From Chthoniobacterales bacterium (GTDB lineage: Bacteria; Verrucomicrobiota; Verrucomicrobiia; Chthoniobacterales; UBA6821), in NCBI GenBank assembly GCA_026461395.1, contig JAPJNA010000061.1, positions 3,787 to 67,786 on the forward strand: a stretch of 64,000 nt of DNA, written 5' to 3'. The translations under genes and the position numbers were made by a program. This document shows, one piece after another, positions 19,088 to 29,119 of this stretch. The notes under the pieces are model-generated. The model was not told the DNA's origin. It worked only from the letters and a program-made list of their open reading frames with translations, and did not search any database. Each line of letters begins with the position of its first letter. The stretch's first letter is position 1.

Positions 19088-20391
19088 ACGCTATTTTCGG
19101 CCTCAAAGCTGTGAATGTAGTCTCGCGTGATGGGGACAACATCCGGACGCTTGGCCAACTGGATCTGGAAGACCATTTGTCCCTGATGCCGGAAACTGAG
19201 CTCGCTGGTAACCAGGTAGAATTCCCACATCCTGCAGAACCGTTCGTCATAAAGGCCTCGGATCTCTTCCCTTCGCGCCTCGAAGCGTTCGCGCCAGAGT
19301 CGCAGGGTGTCGGCGTAGTGCATCCTCAGGATCTCGATGTCTGTTACAAACAACCCCGCTTTCTCGATCGCAGGAAGGACTTCGGAAAGTGCCGGGGAAT
19401 AACCTCCGGGAAAAATGTGTTTAGCGATCCAGGGATTCGTATGTCCTGGTCCCTCCGGCCTGCCGATGGAGTGAATCAGTGCGACACCATCCTCTCTCAG
19501 CAACTCCGAGATCTTGCGAAAAAACTCCCCGTAATGGTTCACCCCCACGTGCTCGAACATTCCGACAGAGACGATCCTGTCATAGCTCCGCGCCTCATGA
19601 CGGTAGTCCCGCATCTCGAATCGCAAACGATCTGCCAACCCTGCGTGGAAAGCGCGGAGATTGGCATGAGCATGCTGCTCAGTCGAAAGCGTCAATCCCG
19701 TCACATCGGCACCGAACTTTCCGGCAAGCGTGAGTCCCAGTCCTCCCCATCCCGATCCGATATCAAGCACCCTGTCACCGGGGCGAAGCACCAGCTTCGC
19801 GGCGATATGAAGCTTCTTGAGCTCCTGGCACTCCTCTAATGTCTCCTCACCGGTCGCGAAATAGCCGCAGGAATACTGCCTGTCGGCATCCAAGAAGAGA
19901 GCGTAGAGATTGTCCGAGAGATCGTAGTGGTGAGCCACATTCCTTAGCGAGCGTGCGACCGGATTGAACTGCTGAAAACCACGCATCAGATCGCGCAGTC
20001 TTTCCGTGATCCCACTCATCGGGTATTGCAATGCTTTCAGCCCGATCGAACGGAAGAGCAGATCAAGGAAGTCATGGAGCGTCCCCTGCTCTATTGTCAG
20101 TCGCCCCTCCATGTAGGCCTCGCCGGCCTCAAGTTGCGGATCAAGAAGTAGCCTCCATCCGGTTTTCTGATCATGAATCCGGATGACAATCTCCTCTTCC
20201 TGACCATCCCCATAGGTGTCAGAAGATCCTCTCCAGTCAATGAGTCGCAGAGAACCGTGCCGTATCAATCCCCGGAGAACAGGATCAAGTAGCCCCTTGC
20301 CTCGAATTTCATTCCCTTTCTGATGCGGGGAATTTCTGTTTCCAATAGGCATCTGCGTTAACCGCCCCTTCCTTTTTGCGAGCGTGTGCAT
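19051..20391 (-). CDS. cfa: Cyclopropane-fatty-acyl-phospholipid synthase family SAM methyltransferase
   Basis: AHHYDLSDNLYALFLD, VLDIGSGWGGL, YDRIVSVGMFEHVG, WRERF. The start could be ATG 20352. Confidence 0.85.
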   Translation of the reverse strand: MHTLAKRKGRLTQMPIGNRNSPHQKGNEIRGKGLLDPVLRGLIRHGSLRLIDWRGSSDTYGDGQEEEIVIRIHDQKTGWRLLLDPQLEAGEAYMEGRLTIEQGTLHDFLDLLFRSIGLKALQYPMSGITERLRDLMRGFQQFNPVARSLRNVAHHYDLSDNLYALFLDADRQYSCGYFATGEETLEECQELKKLHIAAKLVLRPGDRVLDIGSGWGGLGLTLAGKFGADVTGLTLSTEQHAHANLRAFHAGLADRLRFEMRDYRHEARSYDRIVSVGMFEHVGVNHYGEFFRKISELLREDGVALIHSIGRPEGPGHTNPWIAKHIFPGGYSPALSEVLPAIEKAGLFVTDIEILRMHYADTLRLWRERFEARREEIRGLYDERFCRMWEFYLVTSELSFRHQGQMVFQIQLAKRPDVVPITRDYIHSFEAENSVQEAALTRPSAA

Positions 20392-20488
20392 GCAGAAACG
20401 ATGCCACCTTCTTACTGATAGCGTCCATAATCAGAACGCTTAGATTATGCCCTGAGATCTAAGATCTAGCCGGGCGACTTTCCCTCAC

Positions 20489-21817
20489 TTATCCCGCGAC
20501 GACAGGAACCATGACGGCATCGCTCATGCCGTGTAGGATTTTTTTATCCGCTGGACAGACCGTGGCCAGCATACCCCCGAGCGTAGCCTTTCCTTCGTTC
20601 ACAAAGAAATAGGGACTCAGGCGTGCGCGCCCCTTCATCGTGGTGACGTTCCCTTCGGCATCATAGAGAGCTTGATCCGTAAGGATAGAATGACGGAATT
20701 CCTGAAGGATGTAGGGATGCTCCGGGAACTCCTGTAACGCGCGCTTGATCACCGCCTCCCACTCGACACGCGGCAGATCGGATCCCAGCGAGACGCCCCT
20801 CGCACCCCACGCACGGCCGTCGAATCCGCTGATCTTGATGATGAGATCACGGGATTTCTGACTGAAGGCTCCCAATTCCTTCCAATTCTGGATCTCAAGC
20901 CGTGGATAAACAGCGTTCGGGGGAAGAGTGCATGGATCCAGCACCCAGGTGTAGGGGATCCACTTTTGCAAGGAGTGCATCCCGCGCTCACCAAGCTGAC
21001 GCATCCAGAACTCACGGAGCGGAGCCATCCAGAAGAGGGCCATCCAGAGTTTCTCCTCAAGCTGCGCCTTGGGCGGAGGGGTAACAGAGACACGTCCCTC
21101 ACAAGCATCGTGGAACAGCCTCTCAGCGCAAGGCACATTGGGAAGGTCGAACATCTCGAAGAAGCGGTAAATATTCCCACTCCATTCATCGCGTGAAGAG
21201 GTTTCAGCAACTTTCCAAGGGAGATTCCCTCCCCGTTCCAAGCTCCATTGGGTGAGACGCCCAGCCAGCCATTCCATCTCGGGTCGGTAAGTGTCAGCCT
21301 CCTCGGAAACAACGATCTCTCCGCCAGGTAACAACGAGGAAAATCCTTCGAGCATCCCTTCAGGGCCCCCGAGTACGTCGAAGCCGAAGGAGGCGTAGGT
21401 CTCGTTCAACCAGGCGGTTAGGCCGATCCCTCCAGGAATCTGGTCGAGTTCGCAGATCGAGAAACCCTCCTCCGTGAGGATGAGATCAGGGCGGATCACC
21501 CGGGCAATCTGTCCACGGAAGGCAGGATCCCTACCAAGCGCGACAACCTCCGGCGGCTTGCCCCGATCGAGAAGCTCAGCGATCCAAGAGGGCTGACGCC
21601 CGTCAACGCTCTGCCTGTAGAGCAGATCACAGGCGTCGGCGAACTGAAGCAACCGGTGGCCCATGGATTCAAGCTCTCGGGCGAGTTTCGAATCCAGACT
21701 ATAGGGGGAAGGAGCCCAGAGCCATTCCTTGCCGGCGAAGAGTTCCCCCTCAGGGATTCGTCGACGCAATTCTTCGAGCGGCACGGGAGCCGGTATGACG
21801 GAGTCGCTTGCGATCAC
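20489..21817 (-). CDS. Uncharacterised 442-aa protein, tentatively ATP-grasp-like
   Basis: GTG start overlapping the ruvA stop (GTGA). No Walker A. ATP-grasp-like strings IIKISGFDGRAWGARGVSLG, HPYILQEF and RLSPYFF. The function call is from pattern memory only. Confidence 0.4.
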   Translation of the reverse strand: MIASDSVIPAPVPLEELRRRIPEGELFAGKEWLWAPSPYSLDSKLARELESMGHRLLQFADACDLLYRQSVDGRQPSWIAELLDRGKPPEVVALGRDPAFRGQIARVIRPDLILTEEGFSICELDQIPGGIGLTAWLNETYASFGFDVLGGPEGMLEGFSSLLPGGEIVVSEEADTYRPEMEWLAGRLTQWSLERGGNLPWKVAETSSRDEWSGNIYRFFEMFDLPNVPCAERLFHDACEGRVSVTPPPKAQLEEKLWMALFWMAPLREFWMRQLGERGMHSLQKWIPYTWVLDPCTLPPNAVYPRLEIQNWKELGAFSQKSRDLIIKISGFDGRAWGARGVSLGSDLPRVEWEAVIKRALQEFPEHPYILQEFRHSILTDQALYDAEGNVTTMKGRARLSPYFFVNEGKATLGGMLATVCPADKKILHGMSDAVMVPVVAG

Positions 21818-22422
21818 GAGAGCAGATTCCTGAGTGCTTCGCGCACCACATCCTCCGCGGGGGAATCGGGCGAGAGTTTCGGCATCACGGCTTTCACAGC
21901 CTTGTGCGCATCCACCTGTTTGTACCCAAGCGATATCAGGGCCAGCACGGCATCGTGGAGATGACGCTCAATACCCGATGGTGCATTTCCAAGGCTTGCC
22001 GCCTCCCATTCTGCAGCTACGCCGAGCTTGTCCTTGAGTTCCAGCACGACGCGCTCGGCGGTTTTCTTTCCAACTCCGGAGATCTTAGAAATCGCAGCAA
22101 TATCGGAAGTGACTACGGCTGACTTGAAATGCCCGACTTCCATTCCACTCAAGATGGCGAGGGCTAGCTTCGGGCCGATGCCTGAGACATGAGCCATGAG
22201 AAGACGGAAGAGGTCGCGCTCTTCGGCAGAGGAAAAGCCGTAGAGGATCTGTGCATCCTCACGCACATGGTGATGGGTCAGCACCCGAACTCTGGCTCCC
22301 GTGGAGGAGAGTTTGCTGTAACTCGATAAGGGGATGAGAATCTGGTAGCCGATTCCGCCAGCATTGACGACGATTTGGTTCGGAAGCACATCTTCCAGTA
22401 TCCCTTCGACAAAAGTGATCAT
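21814..22422 (-). CDS. ruvA: Holliday junction DNA helicase subunit RuvA
   Basis: Start at MITFVEGIL...; VNAGGIGYQILIP, LYGFSSAEERDLFRLL, SGIGPKLALAIL, ISGVGKKTAERVVLELK (HhH motifs). Confidence 0.9.
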   Translation of the reverse strand: MITFVEGILEDVLPNQIVVNAGGIGYQILIPLSSYSKLSSTGARVRVLTHHHVREDAQILYGFSSAEERDLFRLLMAHVSGIGPKLALAILSGMEVGHFKSAVVTSDIAAISKISGVGKKTAERVVLELKDKLGVAAEWEAASLGNAPSGIERHLHDAVLALISLGYKQVDAHKAVKAVMPKLSPDSPAEDVVREALRNLLS

Positions 22423-22495
22423 AATACCTATTTTTCTACTCATCTTAGCGGTTAAAGACCAGAGCTTGTCGTTCCCACGGGGGATTCCAGTCTTG

Positions 22496-23089
22496 ATGCT
22501 GTGTGGACTTTTGTTCTTGGGAGCATCTCACCAGCTTCATGGAAGCGACAAAAAGGAGACTCCAGCCCTGCTCTTGGGAGGTTACTTTGAGCGTCCGCCT
22601 ATTCATTGTTTTCTTCCCCGGTCGAAAAAAACCCTGCTCTTTCCCGCCCACGTCAGCAGACATAGCGAGGTGACCCCCTTGGGTTCGGATGCCGGGATGT
22701 CCCCGGAAGCTTGGGATCGCTTCCTGAAGGAATCCCGGGAGGACACTTCCCTTCTGATGGCTACTCTGAACCCGTTAATGGTGCGCGATGCCCATGAGGT
22801 AATCCAGGCAGCGGTGATGAGTTCGGACGACCCACGGCTTGCATCCTGCATCCTGAATCCCGGTTTTCTCCGCCGATTTAGCGCAATCTTCGGACCGGAG
22901 CTAATCGTGGCTATTCCATCTCGTACTAAAATCTACGTTTTTCCCAAGCTGGCAAACCGGCTTCCAGAGATGAGCCAGGTGATTCGCGACGACTACCTGA
23001 TCTCGCCTCAACCCGTCTCCAAGGAGCTCTTTGAAGTTTCCAAAAAAGGAATGAGGGCCATCGGCACCGTCGATCCCGACGACGAGTAA
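22496..23089 (+). CDS. Hypothetical secreted protein
   Basis: Start trimmed to ATG 22496 (MLCGLLFLGASHQLHG signal-like). No motif recognised. Confidence 0.45.
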   Translation: MLCGLLFLGASHQLHGSDKKETPALLLGGYFERPPIHCFLPRSKKTLLFPAHVSRHSEVTPLGSDAGMSPEAWDRFLKESREDTSLLMATLNPLMVRDAHEVIQAAVMSSDDPRLASCILNPGFLRRFSAIFGPELIVAIPSRTKIYVFPKLANRLPEMSQVIRDDYLISPQPVSKELFEVSKKGMRAIGTVDPDDE

Positions 23090-23096
23090 GCGAAAA

Positions 23097-24365
23097 TCAG
23101 ACCGCTTCAGCCAGCAACGCCTGCTCGGGAGTCAGTTCATCTCCGCCGCGGCGAGCCCTCTCGACGCGCTCCAGATAATAATCCAGCACCCTGTCTGGAA
23201 TGCCTGGAATCCGTGCCGACGCGAAGGCATTGATTGCCTCTTCCCACTTGCGCTCACGGAAAAGAATAACCCCCTTCCAGAACTGGTCGCGACTACGCTC
23301 CCTCTCCGGCGAGAGAGAGTTCTTTGGGGCAAGGAACTCATAGAGCTCGACGCGGCGACGACTGCCGGCACGCTGGAGGAGATCAATGGGGCGACCCTCC
23401 ACGGTTTCAGAAGCCATCTCATAGGATAACGGGCCGCTCAGGATCCGGCATCCATACTGAGCACAGGCCGCGGAGAGATGACGTGTAAAATCCACCACGG
23501 GACCCGAAACACTGTACCGCCCCAACCTGGCGCCACCGTAGGCGGCCGCGATCATGGGACCAGAGTTCACCCCTATGCGAAAATCCAAGCGCTGCTGCCA
23601 GCGGTTGTCGCATTCACGATTGAGTTCCTCGAGGCGCGACACCAGATCGATTGCCGCACGGGCAGCTTTTGCCGCATGGTTGAGAACTCCCGAGGACGGG
23701 AGAGGGACTCCGAAGACGACCCGGATACTCTCACCTGAGCATTCGTCAAGGTAAGCGCCGATATCGACCAGAAAGTCGGAGGCTGTCCGTAAGTAGAGAT
23801 TCATCAAGGCGACATAATCCTCCGGCTTCAGCACCTCCATGAGTTCGACATGGTTATGGACAGAGCAGACAAGCACCGATGCTTCATGCATCTCACCGGG
23901 GAAATCGACGGACAATTCCCCTTCGACAAGTTGCCGGAAGATCTTGGGCCTTAGTCGCTGACCAAAAAGACGCCGCAGTACGGGCTCCCTAGATCCCGCC
24001 TCGGTTCTCCGGAAAATAGTAATCGCAATTACTGAAAGAAGGATGGCCGCGATACCAGGCACAGGATTTAGATACGAGTTGTAAAGGGAGGCTACCAACG
24101 AACCTCCAAGTAGGAGCAGAAAGGAGGCAAGCGCCAGCAAGAGCATTTCTCGCAGGCTGGATCCGAGGCCAATCCAGAGAGAAGCCAGAATAAGGAATAA
24201 AGCCAATGTCAGCGGAAGCATTGACGCACAAGGTTGCAGAGCGGCGGCATGAATCAGGTTTTGCCACACGATCCCGGTACCCACAAATGAGCCAACAAGA
24301 TGAAGCAGGACAAAAACCGTTGCCGTGATCAACAGAAGAATCAGAAATGACTTCAGCAGTCTCAT
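23097..24365 (-). CDS. Membrane-bound class III adenylate/guanylate cyclase with a C-terminal TPR-like helix pair
   Basis: About 5 N-terminal TM helices. Cyclase homology domain strings VLVCSVHNHVELM, ESIRVVFGVP and RIGVNSGPMIAAAYGG. Confidence 0.75.
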   Translation of the reverse strand: MRLLKSFLILLLITATVFVLLHLVGSFVGTGIVWQNLIHAAALQPCASMLPLTLALFLILASLWIGLGSSLREMLLLALASFLLLLGGSLVASLYNSYLNPVPGIAAILLSVIAITIFRRTEAGSREPVLRRLFGQRLRPKIFRQLVEGELSVDFPGEMHEASVLVCSVHNHVELMEVLKPEDYVALMNLYLRTASDFLVDIGAYLDECSGESIRVVFGVPLPSSGVLNHAAKAARAAIDLVSRLEELNRECDNRWQQRLDFRIGVNSGPMIAAAYGGARLGRYSVSGPVVDFTRHLSAACAQYGCRILSGPLSYEMASETVEGRPIDLLQRAGSRRRVELYEFLAPKNSLSPERERSRDQFWKGVILFRERKWEEAINAFASARIPGIPDRVLDYYLERVERARRGGDELTPEQALLAEAV

Positions 24366-24461
24366 ATCAATCGTGTCAGCCTTGTTGTGATGATGGAGAC
24401 GGATGATTGCGCACGGGTAGGTACATTTTCATTAAGAACAGGGGGAATCAAGGGAAACGCA

Positions 24462-25478
24462 TCAGCGTTGACGGATCCTACCCGTGAGAAGATTTCTCAT
24501 CAACTCCCCGAGACCTCCTACTTTTCGTTCTCGCGAACCGAACGCGGCGAGCATTTCCTTCCGTGCATGGGCATGAGAGGCGAAGCGTTTTTCGGGATTG
24601 GGATCGGTCATTCTGGCCAGGAGCTTTCTTGTAGCCGGGGAGGCGTCCATCCCCGAAAGGGAAATAGGTTTTGACTTGCGATCCAGCAACTCCGGTATTG
24701 AGAGCCCTTCCGTTTGATAAGGGGGAACAGAAGTCAGCGCATGGTAGAGACAGCATCCAAGCCCATAGAGATCGGAGCGAAAATCACCGGGAAGACCCTC
24801 CAGTATCTCGGGAGCCACATAATCAGGGGTCGCGAGAAGATGGGACTGAGCAACGGGCTTTGCAGCAATGCTACGGGCAAGACCGAAATCCCCTAAGTTG
24901 GCGCTTCCGTCATCGGTAAAAAGGATGTTGGCGGGTTTGAGATCACGATGCACGATGCCCTGGGCTTCAGCTGCCGCAAGAGCTTCGAGAATCTCTATTC
25001 CGACCCTCAGGACACTTCCCTCGTCGAGCCGACCTAACCCTGAGTCCGAGGGACCGATTCGTTCATGGAGTGAGCCTCCACCCATGAACTCCATCACAAG
25101 ACGCGCCCCATCATCGTCTTCCTCAAAGTTGAGAACTTTCACAACCCCGGGATGATCCAGCAATCGGGCGCAAACCGCCTCATTACGAAGCATCACCAGA
25201 TGTTCCTCGTAATCGGGAGCCGATCTTTCCAGAACCTTGAGTGCCACGACACCAACCTCTCCATTCTCCGTTACGCGACGTGCCCGGAAAACCCGTCCAC
25301 TTCCACCCCGACCCGCGATTTCAAGGAGCTCATACGGGCCGATCCTTCTCCTGACCCTGACTTCAGAGCGGCATCGGGGACAGCGGACCATGGAGAAACA
25401 GGGTTCCCCTGCGGTATCCAGTAGCACCCCGCAGGAGGGACACGGTTCCTCGGATTGATCTGGGGTGGCCGACGACAT
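24462..25478 (-). CDS. Ser/Thr protein kinase with an N-terminal zinc ribbon
   Basis: CPSCG...CPRCR ribbon. Kinase motifs GRGGSGRVF, ALKVL, HRDLKPANILF, DFGLA, TPDYVAPE. Confidence 0.85.
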   Translation of the reverse strand: MSSATPDQSEEPCPSCGVLLDTAGEPCFSMVRCPRCRSEVRVRRRIGPYELLEIAGRGGSGRVFRARRVTENGEVGVVALKVLERSAPDYEEHLVMLRNEAVCARLLDHPGVVKVLNFEEDDDGARLVMEFMGGGSLHERIGPSDSGLGRLDEGSVLRVGIEILEALAAAEAQGIVHRDLKPANILFTDDGSANLGDFGLARSIAAKPVAQSHLLATPDYVAPEILEGLPGDFRSDLYGLGCCLYHALTSVPPYQTEGLSIPELLDRKSKPISLSGMDASPATRKLLARMTDPNPEKRFASHAHARKEMLAAFGSRERKVGGLGELMRNLLTGRIRQR

Positions 25479-25559
25479 CCATTGACCCTAATGGCGGAAA
25501 CCCTCATCCTTCAAGCGACTCGGATCAGGAAACTCACCCGTGACCCAGCCGCAACACCC

Positions 25560-26492
25560 ATGACCGAACCCATTGTCCACGAAATCACTGCATCCGACGA
25601 GGATAGCAACCAAAGGGTCGATATGGTTCTGGTCCGCCATCTAACTCATTTTTCGCGTTCCAAGATCCAGTCCCTTGTGAAATCGGGAAGAGTTACCCTG
25701 CGTGGAGAACTGGTCAAAAACAATGAAGAGGTGAAGTCGGGCGATCTCTTTCGAGTCGAGGAGGAGGCGCCAAAGCCACCAACAGGAGCCAGAGCCGAGG
25801 ATATCCCCCTGGAAATCCTGCATGAGGATGAGGATCTCTTGGTGGTCAATAAGCCTGCCGGCATGGTCGTGCATATAGGCGCCGGCCATGAGGATGGCAC
25901 TCTCGTCAATGCCCTCCTCTATCACGGAGCCTCCCTCTCAGCGGGTTCCGAAGAGCATCGCCCAGGTATTGTCCATCGCCTGGACAAAGAGACCAGCGGT
26001 TGCATTGTCGTAGCCAAGAATGATCAAATCCATGCGGCGCTCTCTCAGGCGTTCGCCGAGCGTCAGGTGAAGAAAACCTATCTCGCCATCATCCGGGGAA
26101 GGCCGCGCCATGCGAAGGGAACCATCGATCTGGCGATAGGACGTCACCCGGTTCAACGGCAAAAGATGACACCCCGCCGAGCTCCCTCGGGTCGGGACGC
26201 TGTGACCGATTACGAGCTCCTCTCCACCCGTGACGGCTGGACGCTCATTGCTTGCATGCCTCACACCGGACGAACCCACCAAATCCGCGTCCATCTTCAG
26301 AGCTTGGGACACCCGATCGCAGGAGATCCCCTCTACGGAAAACGAGACCGCTTCGAACGTCACCTCCTTCATGCATGGAAACTAGAGTTTCAGCATCCCC
26401 GCACCGGTGAACCCCTCTGCTGTGAAGCTCCACTTCCCTCTGATTTTGATCTCGTTCCCCTACCGGCTTCAAAGACATCATCCCGGGCATGA
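25560..26492 (+). CDS. rluD: RluA-family 23S rRNA pseudouridine synthase (RluD-like)
   Basis: Start trimmed to ATG 25560. S4-like N-terminus, VVNKPAGMVVH, catalytic HRLDKETSGCIV, TGRTHQIRVH. Confidence 0.85.
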   Translation: MTEPIVHEITASDEDSNQRVDMVLVRHLTHFSRSKIQSLVKSGRVTLRGELVKNNEEVKSGDLFRVEEEAPKPPTGARAEDIPLEILHEDEDLLVVNKPAGMVVHIGAGHEDGTLVNALLYHGASLSAGSEEHRPGIVHRLDKETSGCIVVAKNDQIHAALSQAFAERQVKKTYLAIIRGRPRHAKGTIDLAIGRHPVQRQKMTPRRAPSGRDAVTDYELLSTRDGWTLIACMPHTGRTHQIRVHLQSLGHPIAGDPLYGKRDRFERHLLHAWKLEFQHPRTGEPLCCEAPLPSDFDLVPLPASKTSSRA

Positions 26493-27343
26493 GTGCGACA
26501 TCAGACGGTTTTCAGGAAGCCTTGGACGCAACCCTCCCCATTCTTCATTCCATGACCAAGAATCTGCGCGTCAAACCCAAGGCCACCAGGACAAGCCTTG
26601 AAAATCTGAGAGTCTCGCTCCCTCCCTCTTTTGAGAAACCCTCGGAAACCGCCGGGGCAACGATCAAACCATTACAACCCGTCACCCCCGTCGCCACGAT
26701 CGCTTCAGTTAAGGACGATGGTCGCCTTGCCAAGCTGGAAATTCTGAAGAAAAGCATCCTAACCTGCACGCGCTGTCCCCACCTCGTAACAAGCCGCACC
26801 CAGGTGGTCTACGGTGTCGGCAATCCCTTCGCGGAGCTTCTCTTCGTGGGGGAGGCACCGGGCGAAGAAGAGGATCTCCGTGGCGAACCCTTCATCGGCA
26901 AGGCCGGTCAATTGCTTACCAAGATCATTGGGGCCATGGAGTATACCCGCGACGACATCTTCATCGCCAATATTCTGAAATGCCGACCCGACATGCCGGC
27001 TGGAGAGTCCGGCAATCGCAAACCGAAACCCGCAGAGATGGCCACATGCCTCCCCTGGTTGACACAACAGATTGAACTCATCAAACCCAAGGTCATTGTC
27101 GCCCTAGGCCTCACCGCCGTCGAAGGCTTGCTCGGAGAGCCCTGCACGATGCGTGATGTCCGCGGCAAATGGCTCGACTATCACGGAGTGCCGCTCATGC
27201 CGACCTACCACCCCGCCTATCTCTTGAGAAATCAGACTCTTGCCGAGAAGAGGAAAGTCTGGGAAGACATGTTGCTAGTCCTTGAAAAGCTTGGTCGCCC
27301 TGTCAGTACGAAGCAACAGGGCTACTTTCTGGAAAAAGCCTAG
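26489..27343 (+). CDS. Family 4 uracil-DNA glycosylase with an N-terminal extension of about 90 aa
   Basis: CTRCPHLV, GNPFAELLFVGEAPGEEEDLRGEPFIGKAGQLL, HPAYLLRN. The start overlaps the rluD stop (ATGA). Confidence 0.85.
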   Translation: MSATSDGFQEALDATLPILHSMTKNLRVKPKATRTSLENLRVSLPPSFEKPSETAGATIKPLQPVTPVATIASVKDDGRLAKLEILKKSILTCTRCPHLVTSRTQVVYGVGNPFAELLFVGEAPGEEEDLRGEPFIGKAGQLLTKIIGAMEYTRDDIFIANILKCRPDMPAGESGNRKPKPAEMATCLPWLTQQIELIKPKVIVALGLTAVEGLLGEPCTMRDVRGKWLDYHGVPLMPTYHPAYLLRNQTLAEKRKVWEDMLLVLEKLGRPVSTKQQGYFLEKA

Positions 27344-27365
27344 TTTATTTTGGCTCATTTCGCCG

Positions 27366-28112
27366 GTGAAGGCATCTCCAGCACATCTCCACTCGTGCGG
27401 CCCCTTGCCGGAGAGAATCCTTCGGACAGCCTTTCATTGGATCGTCATCACTGGGTGCAGGATCCTCTACTCGTTGACTTGCAAGGTAAAGGTCGTCGAA
27501 CTGGCTCCAGTTCCCCGCCGAGGCTTTCTTATCATGGCCTGCAATCACATCAGCCACTTTGATCCCGCCATCCTGAGTGGTTTTTTTCCGCGTCGTCTCG
27601 ACTGGCTCGCTATGAGGGAGCTCTTCGGAGCCGGTTGGTCGGAGAGGTTCTTCACTTGGTTAAATTGTATTCCAGTCGACCGGAGCGGAGCCGACCGCAC
27701 AGCGCTTAGGCAGGCCTTTCATCGACTTGCTGACGAGCGAGTGATCGGGATCTTTCCAGAAGGGGGCATACGGGCCGGTGAGTGGTCAATCTTGAATGGG
27801 GCCGCCATGAAGCCGGGCCTCGCCATGCTCAGCATCCACTCGGGATCACCCATTGTTCCCTGCGCCCTAATTGGGAGTGACCGTCTCTATAAACCGGACA
27901 ACTGGCTGCGTCGAACAACCATTTATCTGATCATTGGCGATGTAATTGAACCGCCAAAAGAGGAGGCCCGGCAACCGGGAGTCAGGGAGCGCTTTGCGGC
28001 CGATCTCTCGAAGGCTTTCATTTCACTCAGGGAGGAGGCCATAGCCCGTTTCAACCTCTCAGAAGAGGATCTTCCTCAGACCCCACAGGCTAGAAAAGGA
28101 ATCCATCCATGA
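27366..28112 (+). CDS. plsC: 1-acyl-sn-glycerol-3-phosphate acyltransferase (PlsC family)
   Basis: HX4D motif NHISHFDP and FPEGG. Start uncertain: ATG 27282 would overlap udg by 62 nt, and GTG 27366 is the first start after the udg stop. Confidence 0.75.
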   Translation: MKASPAHLHSCGPLPERILRTAFHWIVITGCRILYSLTCKVKVVELAPVPRRGFLIMACNHISHFDPAILSGFFPRRLDWLAMRELFGAGWSERFFTWLNCIPVDRSGADRTALRQAFHRLADERVIGIFPEGGIRAGEWSILNGAAMKPGLAMLSIHSGSPIVPCALIGSDRLYKPDNWLRRTTIYLIIGDVIEPPKEEARQPGVRERFAADLSKAFISLREEAIARFNLSEEDLPQTPQARKGIHP

Positions 28113-29119
28113 GATCCCTGATCAAACGCACCGCGCATGTGGGTATGGATGCCATCTTGTGCACCATGATGAACACTGCACAATGGCGTCTCCGCCACCA
28201 TGCAGTCACTCGTGAACGGTTGGAGGAATATCTGCTGGAATGCCAAGAGCACGATCACCGGAGCTATTATGCAACGCCAGATGAAAACCGGACATTAAAT
28301 CCACCTAACTGGAGGCGGGATGGCCACCGCCTCTCATGGAAGACGCCAAAACTAGGAGAACATCCTGAGAATAATACTGCCTGTGCCCATCTCTTTGAAA
28401 CGGCCAACCCAAAGGCACCGCATGGAGCACCCACGATCATCCTCATGCATGCTCTCATGTCGGCCAATGATTACGGCTACCGGAGGATCGCATCCCGCTT
28501 CAACAAACAGGGTTGGAATGTCCTGTTTCCTCATTTGCCCTACCATTACAGCAGGAGACCAAGGGGATATGCCAATGGCGCCCTGACGATCACTGCCGAC
28601 CTTATCAGAAACGCGGAGACCCTGAGACAATCGGTCATTGAGTTACGTCAGCTGATGGCCTGGGCACGTCAGCGGGGTTCGCGGAGGATCGCCCTGCTAG
28701 CGACCAGTTACGGAGCTTGGGTTGCCTCGCTAGCCTTGTCGCTTGAGAAAACCGATTTCAGTGTTCTGATACAGCCCGTGGCTGACGTGAATTACGCTAC
28801 CTTCGGGAGCCCAGCCAGCCGCATGATGGCCGGTTGCCTGAAGCGCAACTATATCCATCCGGAAGCCCTCGAGCGACATGCTCATCTGAGTTCACCAGCA
28901 CAGCTTACTCCCCTCACCCCACCAGATCGCATCTCAATTATTGGGGGGGCGTATGACCGACTTTCTACTCCATCCTCCCTCAGAAGCCTTTGTGATTCCT
29001 GGGGAGGAGCCAGATACTGGCAGGTCGATCAGGGGCACTTCGGCTATGATGCCATGAGGAGCGCACTCCAAGAATCAGAGCAATTCATGAACCATCCCAT
29101 CATGTCCGAATCGGAGTAA
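28109..29119 (+). CDS. Alpha/beta-hydrolase-fold protein, substrate unknown
   Basis: IILMHALMS, nucleophile elbow variant ATSYGA (AxSxG), later GGAYDRL and DQGHFG, compatible with a Ser-Asp-His triad. The start overlaps the plsC stop (ATGA). Confidence 0.55.
   Translation: MRSLIKRTAHVGMDAILCTMMNTAQWRLRHHAVTRERLEEYLLECQEHDHRSYYATPDENRTLNPPNWRRDGHRLSWKTPKLGEHPENNTACAHLFETANPKAPHGAPTIILMHALMSANDYGYRRIASRFNKQGWNVLFPHLPYHYSRRPRGYANGALTITADLIRNAETLRQSVIELRQLMAWARQRGSRRIALLATSYGAWVASLALSLEKTDFSVLIQPVADVNYATFGSPASRMMAGCLKRNYIHPEALERHAHLSSPAQLTPLTPPDRISIIGGAYDRLSTPSSLRSLCDSWGGARYWQVDQGHFGYDAMRSALQESEQFMNHPIMSESE

Noticed and set aside
20455-20467. AGATCT-A-AGATCT tandem palindromic hexamers upstream of cfa.
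   Set aside because: Only 13 bp, with no second copy in the window and no known regulator motif I can match. Treated as chance.
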